64,000 bases of DNA from the IMG/VR virus record IMGVR_UViG_3300017917_002108, positions 64,001 through 128,000 of that record; one strand, written 5' to 3'. Below the pieces are notes generated by a model, which saw only the letters and a list, made by a program, of their open reading frames with translations, did no database searches and was not told where the DNA came from. Shown one piece after another: positions 8,918 to 15,304 of this stretch. The number at the start of each line of letters is the position of its first letter. Position 1 is the first letter of the stretch. The position numbers were made by a program, and so were the translations under genes. Source of the DNA: a virus.

Positions 8918-10354
8918 AGAGACCTATTATCTAAATTAGACGCTATTGTTAGCGAAACAGAATTAAAAGACAAAGAAGATCTTGCTGCTAAACGCAAGGC
9001 CTTACAGGATTTAGAAAACGATCCTGTAGCTACGGAAGATCCGCAAATCAAACAGGCCATTGATCAACGAAAAAATGACCTAGAAAAAGAAGCCAAAATC
9101 AAGGGATTCTCTGAAAGTATTCAATTAGGAGATGAGTTTGGTATAAGTTTTAATGAAGATTTTGAGATAGGTTCATCCGTAGTAGGCTTTGTCAAAGATG
9201 GAATCGTTATAGAACTAGACCAATTCGCATTGGATCTATTAGAAGGACAGGGATTCGATTTCATTGATGGATATCTTAAAGAATCAGAAAAACAAAAAGG
9301 CGTAGACGGTAAAGCCTGCTGGAAAGGCTATAGACGCATGGGCACCAAAAAGAAAGGTGGCAAGACTGTAGACAACTGCGTCAAGGTCAGTGAAGGCTTT
9401 GGTTCTTTAGAAGATGAAGTTATGAAACTTCTAAAAAAGTTCGATGAAGATATGAATGAGATAGGCGGATATGGTGATCCTGATATCAAAGAAATCGTAC
9501 AACATTTAAAAAACGGTGATGCTGAATCAGCAGCTGAAGTAGTATGGTATGCCTACAGCGATCAAGATGGCGGTGAAATTAGAAACATGGAACCGTATGT
9601 CGATGATCTCCAAGCAGAATTTGAAGAACTTGCAGGCGGCGGAGATGAGGATAACGAACCTAGCGGATCATATGATAGTAGCGACGATGCTGATGCTCTG
9701 GCATCAGCAGGACACGGTTCAGACGAAGACTACGGCGATTATGGTTTTGAAGAAGATCATTCAGAAGACCCCAATTCTCCCGAAAACCATTCAGAATATG
9801 ACAACGAAGGCGATATGGCCAAAGACGATCTACGCACCATCAATGATGCTGCACAAGAATTGTATGGCATGCTAGACGTAGATGATAATTTACCGGAGTG
9901 GGTTCAAAGCAAAATCAACAAGGCAGCTGATTATATAGATACTGCCAGAGATTATATGAAATCAAACCATTATGCAGAGGGTAAATATCCTTTTGCAGGA
10001 AAGAAGGTTGGACAAAAAGAAGGGCCAGCAGGACAACTAAAAGGCCGAGACCCGGCAGGATATCCCAAAGGAAAACTTGTAGGTGGCAGTGAAAGTATTG
10101 AGCATGACCTCGACGAAGCAGACTATCAAGGAAGAAAAGTTCAATTAGGCAAGAAGATGTCCGGTGACGTCAAGAAATATAAAGTATATGTACGTAAACC
10201 AAACGGTAATATCGTTAAAGTAAACTTTGGCGATAAGAAAATGCGTATTAAGAAATCTAATCCTGCACGTAGACGCAGTTTCCGTGCAAGACATAACTGT
10301 GCTAATCCGGGACCAAGATGGAAGGCACGTTATTGGAGCTGCAGGAACTGGTAA
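8915..10354 (+). CDS. modular acidic/basic protein, putative internal head (polyprotein) component
   Basis: Short modules (CWKGY...NCVK; EGDMAK...LPEWVQSKI; C-terminal FRARHNC...ARYWSC) separated by hydrophobic-X-E motifs; under a late promoter. Confidence 0.6.
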   Translation: MRDLLSKLDAIVSETELKDKEDLAAKRKALQDLENDPVATEDPQIKQAIDQRKNDLEKEAKIKGFSESIQLGDEFGISFNEDFEIGSSVVGFVKDGIVIELDQFALDLLEGQGFDFIDGYLKESEKQKGVDGKACWKGYRRMGTKKKGGKTVDNCVKVSEGFGSLEDEVMKLLKKFDEDMNEIGGYGDPDIKEIVQHLKNGDAESAAEVVWYAYSDQDGGEIRNMEPYVDDLQAEFEELAGGGDEDNEPSGSYDSSDDADALASAGHGSDEDYGDYGFEEDHSEDPNSPENHSEYDNEGDMAKDDLRTINDAAQELYGMLDVDDNLPEWVQSKINKAADYIDTARDYMKSNHYAEGKYPFAGKKVGQKEGPAGQLKGRDPAGYPKGKLVGGSESIEHDLDEADYQGRKVQLGKKMSGDVKKYKVYVRKPNGNIVKVNFGDKKMRIKKSNPARRRSFRARHNCANPGPRWKARYWSCRNW

Positions 10355-10355
10355 T

Positions 10356-10694
10356 ATGCTACTAAAAGAAATGTTTAGTCCTATAGGGGCTCCTAAATCT
10401 GAGGAAGACGATATCGACTGGTTAGGCGATTTAAAATTTTTCATCGACAACGACAACGAAATGTTGAATAGATATTTTTTTCCTGCTGTCGAAAGACATA
10501 AAAAACATATAGGAAATCCCCATGCCTATAAAATCTACATCAGACCTTTAGAAAGTTGCCTAGAACAATATTGCGAAAAATACGAAGTTGAAGAACCGGA
10601 AACTAAATTTCCCAAAGAAAAAATCATCGAACTAGCAAAAAAAATTGCAGGTCAACAAGATTCTTTCCTAAACAAAGGCGATTATAAAAAATGA
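10356..10694 (+). CDS. hypothetical protein (MLLKEMF start)
   Basis: Start reassigned from 10227 to ATG 10356, just after the upstream stop. Confidence 0.7.
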   Translation: MLLKEMFSPIGAPKSEEDDIDWLGDLKFFIDNDNEMLNRYFFPAVERHKKHIGNPHAYKIYIRPLESCLEQYCEKYEVEEPETKFPKEKIIELAKKIAGQQDSFLNKGDYKK

Positions 10695-11935
10695 AACTGT
10701 TACAGTTATTCGAGGCTGAGACCGGAGGAAAACACATTACTTTCTGTTTTGGAAGATTGAATCCTCCGACTATAGGTCACGAACAACTGCTCGACACCGC
10801 ATCGAAGGTCGGGGGTGACTATAAGATTTTTGTAAGCCAAAGCCAGGATGCGAAAAAAAATCCGTTAGACTATGCAACAAAAATTAAATTTATCAAGTCT
10901 ATGTTTCCTCAACATGCAGCGCATGTGGTCGAAGACACTAGTTTAAATACCATAGTAAAAATTGCATCGTATCTATATGATCTAGGTTATAGAGATGCTA
11001 CCTATGTAGCAGGTAGTGATCGATTAGAAGATATGAAAAAACTTCTAACCCAGTACAATGGTGTAGAAGGTAAGGCACACGGTTATTATAAATTTGAAGT
11101 TCTTGATTTTGTTTCAAGCGGTGAAAGAGAAGATGGTGCTGAAGGTGTTGCTGGTGTCAGTGCATCTGGTGCTAGAGCGGCAGCGGCCAATAATGATCTA
11201 GCAGCATTTCAAGAGGCCACAGGTGCTGGAGATTTGGCTAAACCTTTATTTGATGCGGTACGAAAAGGTATGAAGATAGGAGAAAATATTTCAGAAGCTC
11301 CTATAGAAATGGATCCTGCTGACCCAATGGATCCTATGATCCATAGTCATGATAAGGCCAATCCTGCAAAACTAAAGTATAGGATGTTAAGAGCGGCAGG
11401 ACAGATAAAAGATCTTGCCAGCAGAGTCGACAACGCAAGCCCTAGCGAATGGCAATTAATGACTCGTCAATTTGACGAACTAAAAATGAATGTTGAACAA
11501 ATCCGACATGCTCTAGAAGAATTAGCCAAAGTACGTAAGAAAGGCGGTGTTCGCAGTCGCGGTATAGACAAATTTATCGATAGCGTAGAAGAAGGTTGGA
11601 AAAGTAAAGTGGCCGGTGCTGCATTAGCAGCGGCTAATCTTATTGCTCCTTCTGCTCAAGCAGAGGAACCAGAGAAACCAATTACTATTGCCTATGTTAA
11701 AATTGACGGCGAAGTAAGGAAATATAATTTAGGTGATAGATTCGCCAATGCTAAAGAAGCAGAAGAATTTATCAGCGGAGTATTATCTAAACAAGGCTTA
11801 CAAGGATATCAATTAGATATAAGACACGGATATCCTAAAAAGAAAGAAGTCAAAGAAGGATACGGACGTTATTGGTGCTCAACAGATAAGAAATGGAAAA
11901 CTCGTAAGGGTCCTAAACAGAGTAGAAAATCATGA
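10691..11935 (+). CDS. HIGH-family nucleotidyltransferase (cytidylyltransferase/NMNAT-like) fused to extra C-terminal modules
   Basis: FGRLNPPTIGH (HIGH-like), KNPL, VAGSDR and SAS motifs in the first ~195 aa; unrelated modules follow after ISE, VEE and VKE. Confidence 0.8.
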   Translation: MKLLQLFEAETGGKHITFCFGRLNPPTIGHEQLLDTASKVGGDYKIFVSQSQDAKKNPLDYATKIKFIKSMFPQHAAHVVEDTSLNTIVKIASYLYDLGYRDATYVAGSDRLEDMKKLLTQYNGVEGKAHGYYKFEVLDFVSSGEREDGAEGVAGVSASGARAAAANNDLAAFQEATGAGDLAKPLFDAVRKGMKIGENISEAPIEMDPADPMDPMIHSHDKANPAKLKYRMLRAAGQIKDLASRVDNASPSEWQLMTRQFDELKMNVEQIRHALEELAKVRKKGGVRSRGIDKFIDSVEEGWKSKVAGAALAAANLIAPSAQAEEPEKPITIAYVKIDGEVRKYNLGDRFANAKEAEEFISGVLSKQGLQGYQLDIRHGYPKKKEVKEGYGRYWCSTDKKWKTRKGPKQSRKS

Positions 11936-12729
11936 AAGCAAAAGAATTTATACCAGCAAGCAAGCCGCGTAATTTTGTAGCCAAGAATCAAAAAACTGCA
12001 GGTGCTGGCGCACACCGTGATAAAAAGAAAGAACAAAAGCAAGGCTACGAAAAACATAAAAAGCAAGGTGTGGCGGAAGGCTCAGAAGAGGATAGAGTTT
12101 TTTATGCTGTACAAGACCCTGACAAATCCTATCACATTTATTCAATAACAGGTAACATTACTGATTTAGATGAATTTCAAGGTAAGTTTGGTCGCAAGTT
12201 ATGGATAGAAGGTCCATTGTTTAATGTAGACAAGGCTCACCAAGCAGTTCATATGCATAAACAGAAGCAAGGTGTGGCGGAAGGCTCGGAAAATCTCGTA
12301 GCTGTCATCGATGGCGTGCGTAGCGATAGAACCTACAACGATAAAGACCATGCTCATAATTCACTAGGAAAGTTAGTAGCTTACGGCAAAGCCAAAGTAG
12401 CAGAATTATATATCGATGGCGAAAAAGTAGAACACTTTGAAATAGGTAAAAAATATTTAGATTTCGAACCAAAACAGTTAGAATCAAAGATGGCAGAAAG
12501 AATAAGAGATCCCGAAGACTGGGACGAAGGTAATACAGAACCACCGAATAATTTTGCTGTTTATATCAACGGTAAAAAATGGAAGGTATTTCAAGGCAAC
12601 GGATACTACGCTGACGACGAGCGTGAAATGCGTCAGTATTATAAACTACAAGATTGGGCTCGTAAAAAATCAGAAGCTACCGGTAAGAAGTGGGAAGTAT
12701 CACGCACCGGCGAACCGGCCACAGCATAA
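11932..12729 (+). CDS. modular protein with two KQGVAEGSE repeats
   Basis: 265-aa ORF; repeat visible in both protein and DNA. Confidence 0.75.
   Translation: MKAKEFIPASKPRNFVAKNQKTAGAGAHRDKKKEQKQGYEKHKKQGVAEGSEEDRVFYAVQDPDKSYHIYSITGNITDLDEFQGKFGRKLWIEGPLFNVDKAHQAVHMHKQKQGVAEGSENLVAVIDGVRSDRTYNDKDHAHNSLGKLVAYGKAKVAELYIDGEKVEHFEIGKKYLDFEPKQLESKMAERIRDPEDWDEGNTEPPNNFAVYINGKKWKVFQGNGYYADDEREMRQYYKLQDWARKKSEATGKKWEVSRTGEPATA
12061..12287 (+). repeat. 23-bp perfect direct repeat AAGCAAGGTGTGGCGGAAGGCTC (12061-12083 and 12265-12287)
   Basis: Two identical in-frame copies 204 bp apart; the sequences following each copy are unrelated. Confidence 0.95.
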
Positions 12730-12959
12730 TGGACGAATTAGCACAAATTAAACGTCTAGCCGGTATCAATGAATTTAAAGGCTATCAGCCTTATAATATC
12801 GAACAAGGTAGTAATATTAGTCTAACCGGAAATGAAAAAGGCGAACTAATGAAAAAACACGATATCAGACCAGGAACTCCGGAATGGTTTAAGTTATGGT
12901 TCAGCCTACCCTATCTAACCGGTGAGAAACCTATTGGGAACGATGAATGGTTACGATAA
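12729..12959 (+). CDS. hypothetical protein ([15 protein letters not shown] start)
   Basis: Start reassigned to ATG 12729 (TAATG coupling); [13 protein letters not shown] motif. Confidence 0.7.
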   Translation: MDELAQIKRLAGINEFKGYQPYNIEQGSNISLTGNEKGELMKKHDIRPGTPEWFKLWFSLPYLTGEKPIGNDEWLR

Positions 12960-13270
12960 GTCCTTCTGCCAAGATAAAAATCACAGATCTTCTAGACGAA
13001 GAAAACAATCCAGATCTAAAATTACGAACATTTGTTCAGGGCGGTGGATGTTCAGGATTTCAATACGGTTTTACTTTCGATAATGAGCAAAATGACGACG
13101 ATTTCGAAATTATATTAGGACGTTGGAAAATATTAGTAGATGCTATGAGCATGCAATATATGACTGGTGCAGAAATAGATTATGTCGAAGATCTGCAGGG
13201 CAGTCAATTTGTTATTAGAAATCCCAACGCACAGACTACCTGTGGCTGCGGCAGCAGTTTTTCAGTATGA
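12947..13270 (+). CDS. erpA: A-type Fe-S cluster carrier ErpA/IscA (HesB family)
   Basis: [17 protein letters not shown] and [14 protein letters not shown] signature motifs. Confidence 0.93.
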   Translation: MVTISPSAKIKITDLLDEENNPDLKLRTFVQGGGCSGFQYGFTFDNEQNDDDFEIILGRWKILVDAMSMQYMTGAEIDYVEDLQGSQFVIRNPNAQTTCGCGSSFSV

Positions 13271-13476
13271 GAATTAGAGAATTTATTTTAGATCTCAATG
13301 AAAATTTTGCTGACGGTCGTGTCAAAGGCAAAAGTCGTCCGGGTAGAGTAAAGCGTTCCGGTGCTAGCTGTAACGGGTCCGTAACTGATTTACGCAAACG
13401 TGCTAAAAATGCATCAGGAGAACGAGCTAAAATGTATCATTGGTGTGCTAATATGAAAAGCGGGCGCAATAAATAA
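13267..13476 (+). CDS. small basic hypothetical protein
   Basis: [12 protein letters not shown]|NFADG start; coupled to erpA (ATGA). Confidence 0.7.
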   Translation: MRIREFILDLNENFADGRVKGKSRPGRVKRSGASCNGSVTDLRKRAKNASGERAKMYHWCANMKSGRNK

Positions 13477-13480
13477 TACT

Positions 13481-13669
13481 ATGAAAATACGCGAGTTATT
13501 AGAAACAGCCACAGCAGGAGCAACATCTGCGGGCAATGTTTCAGTTGGAGTTGTTTATCCTAATAAGCCCGGAAAACAGCCCAAAAAGAAAAAAGATGGT
13601 ACTGCGCCTAATGCTTTAGATTTACCAGGGGTAAATCTGCTATCTGGCGGTTCTATTGTCAAAAGATAA
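13481..13669 (+). CDS. small hypothetical protein
   Basis: MKIRELLE|TATAGATSAG start; TAAATA 5 nt upstream. Confidence 0.7.
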   Translation: MKIRELLETATAGATSAGNVSVGVVYPNKPGKQPKKKKDGTAPNALDLPGVNLLSGGSIVKR

Positions 13670-13705
13670 ATACAATATGACTCTTTAAGATCAAGGATTT
13701 TTAAC

Positions 13706-14584
13706 ATGGACTTCAAATCATTAATTACTAAAATCAGCGAAATGGACGATAAAATCAATACCATCGCTGCTCCAGAATTACCAAAAGCGGTGCAACTCAA
13801 CGAAGATGCACAACTTCGTGTATTAGCTGGAACTTCAACTATCTTGGAAGAAGCCAAGAAAATGAAGAAAGATGAGAAAAAAGAAGAAAAGGTCGACGAA
13901 GGTCAAGAAGATCTTAAGAAAGTAGGTGATAAGGTCAAGACCCAACACGGTACAATGACTAAAACAGCCACTGGTGTCAAGCACGAACGTTCCTATGGTA
14001 AAGACAAGGACGACGAAGACGATGAGCCAAAATCCAAAAAGAAAGCAAAAAAAGAATCTCTTGATCCTGAACTATTCAAGTCTAAATTCTTAAAAATGGT
14101 TGAAGCTAAAAAATCAGATGCTGATAAGAAAAAAGCTGACAAAAAGAAAAAGATGGACGAAGCTGCTAAACCAGATTTCTTAGATCTAGACAAAGACGGT
14201 AACAAAAAAGAACCAATGAAGTCTGCTGCTAAAGGCAAAGACGGCGAAAAGAAGGACAGCGGCAAGAAAGGCATGAGTGCTGCACAGGAAAAATACTTCG
14301 GCAAGAAAAATGAAAGCAAAATGATGCCGAAAGGTAAAAAGCGTCCTGTCAAAGAAAGTATCGAACAAAAACTTTCTTTCCGTGACATGATGAAATTAGT
14401 AGTCGAAAGCGGTGGACAACAACAGATCGATCCGCTAGACAAAGAATTGTTTGCATGGGCCGAACGTGTTGCTAAGACCAAATTAGGTGAAAATATGAAA
14501 GCTGAAGTCTATGCAGGTATGGTCTACGAACGCATGGGCGGCAGGTTCGAAATGTACGATGTTCTAAGCGAAGATCAAAACTAA
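13706..14584 (+). CDS. Lys/Glu/Asp-rich protein, putative prohead core/scaffold-like
   Basis: Highly charged, with many hydrophobic-X-E motifs (LNE, LEE, VDE, VKE) and an EF-hand-like DLDKDGNKKE; late motif TAAATA at 13667. Confidence 0.55.
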   Translation: MDFKSLITKISEMDDKINTIAAPELPKAVQLNEDAQLRVLAGTSTILEEAKKMKKDEKKEEKVDEGQEDLKKVGDKVKTQHGTMTKTATGVKHERSYGKDKDDEDDEPKSKKKAKKESLDPELFKSKFLKMVEAKKSDADKKKADKKKKMDEAAKPDFLDLDKDGNKKEPMKSAAKGKDGEKKDSGKKGMSAAQEKYFGKKNESKMMPKGKKRPVKESIEQKLSFRDMMKLVVESGGQQQIDPLDKELFAWAERVAKTKLGENMKAEVYAGMVYERMGGRFEMYDVLSEDQN

Positions 14585-14602
14585 ATTTAACATTTGGTAA
14601 AC

Positions 14603-14634
14603 AAAAGCCAGTCATTAGTTGACTGGCTTTTTTA
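14603..14634 (+). terminator. intrinsic terminator
   Basis: AAAAGCCAGTC-ATTAGTT-GACTGGCTTTT followed by a T-tract. Confidence 0.88.
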
Positions 14635-14647
14635 TTGACTATATAAT
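14619..14647 (+). promoter_or_regulatory. sigma70-type promoter for the replication operon
   Basis: TTGACT-17 nt-TATAAT; SD AAGGAG downstream. Confidence 0.8.
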
Positions 14648-14668
14648 AGTCCTATAAGGAGAGATTAT

Positions 14669-14935
14669 ATGGCAAAAATGTACGGTCCAGAAGAAAAGGC
14701 CAAACTAGAACGTTTGATCAATGAGGGCGGTAATGTTCTAAGAGAGATAGAAGATCTTCAAGAAGGTCTTAAAGAAACTGTCAAGGCTGTAGCAGAAGAA
14801 CTACAGGTTAAACCTAGTATCATTAACAAAGCTATCAAAATAGCACATAAAGATAATTGGAAATCTCATGAAGAAGAATGGGATGAAATTGAAATGATTC
14901 TCGGTGTAACTAAAAAATTGCCAGAGAAAGATTAA
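14669..14935 (+). CDS. small dsDNA-binding protein (T4 DsbA/GapR-like)
   Basis: 88-aa helical protein, pattern LREIEDLQEGLKETVKAVAEELQVKPSIINKAIKI. Confidence 0.55.
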   Translation: MAKMYGPEEKAKLERLINEGGNVLREIEDLQEGLKETVKAVAEELQVKPSIINKAIKIAHKDNWKSHEEEWDEIEMILGVTKKLPEKD

Positions 14936-15229
14936 ATGATCAATGATTTATTCAGACCAACTCTAGAATGGATTAAAGATGATTGGAACAGTAATCCTGG
15001 GAGGTTTATTGTTGAGCTTGTGGCTTGGGCTATTAGTATCGGTTGTAGCATCACTATGGCCCTTACAGTTCCCAATCCGCCTCTTTTGGTTCTTTATCCT
15101 ATCTGGATTAGCGGCTGTGCCATGTATGCTTGGGCTGCTTATACTAGGCAATCGTTTGGCATGTTGGCTAACTACATCTTGCTAACCACTATAGATAGTA
15201 TAGGGCTAGTAAGGATGATAATTAGTTAA
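14936..15229 (+). CDS. small membrane protein
   Basis: About three hydrophobic helices. Confidence 0.7.
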   Translation: MINDLFRPTLEWIKDDWNSNPGRFIVELVAWAISIGCSITMALTVPNPPLLVLYPIWISGCAMYAWAAYTRQSFGMLANYILLTTIDSIGLVRMIIS

Positions 15230-15239
15230 ATAAAGTTAG

Positions 15240-15300
15240 ATGGTAGGCGAGGCCATAAACCGCATGTTAGGTATTTGCAAGCCCTAAATTGCATATGGAG
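15240..15300 (+). promoter_or_regulatory. candidate structured leader (tandem pseudoknot-like units) upstream of the DNA polymerase
   Basis: ATGGT/GCCAT with GCG/CGC, then TTAGG/CCTAA with TGCAA/TTGCA, ending at SD GGAG. Confidence 0.45.
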
Positions 15301-15304
15301 ATAT

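Noticed and set aside
12061-12287. CRISPR-like array
   Set aside because: Only two copies, a 181-bp in-frame coding spacer, a non-palindromic repeat and no cas genes.
15262-15300. Resemblance of the polB leader to a SAM-II riboswitch (UUGCAAGC...UAAAU)
   Set aside because: It lacks the downstream GCUAAA-type ligand-binding segment and the expected loop length, and the gene context does not fit.
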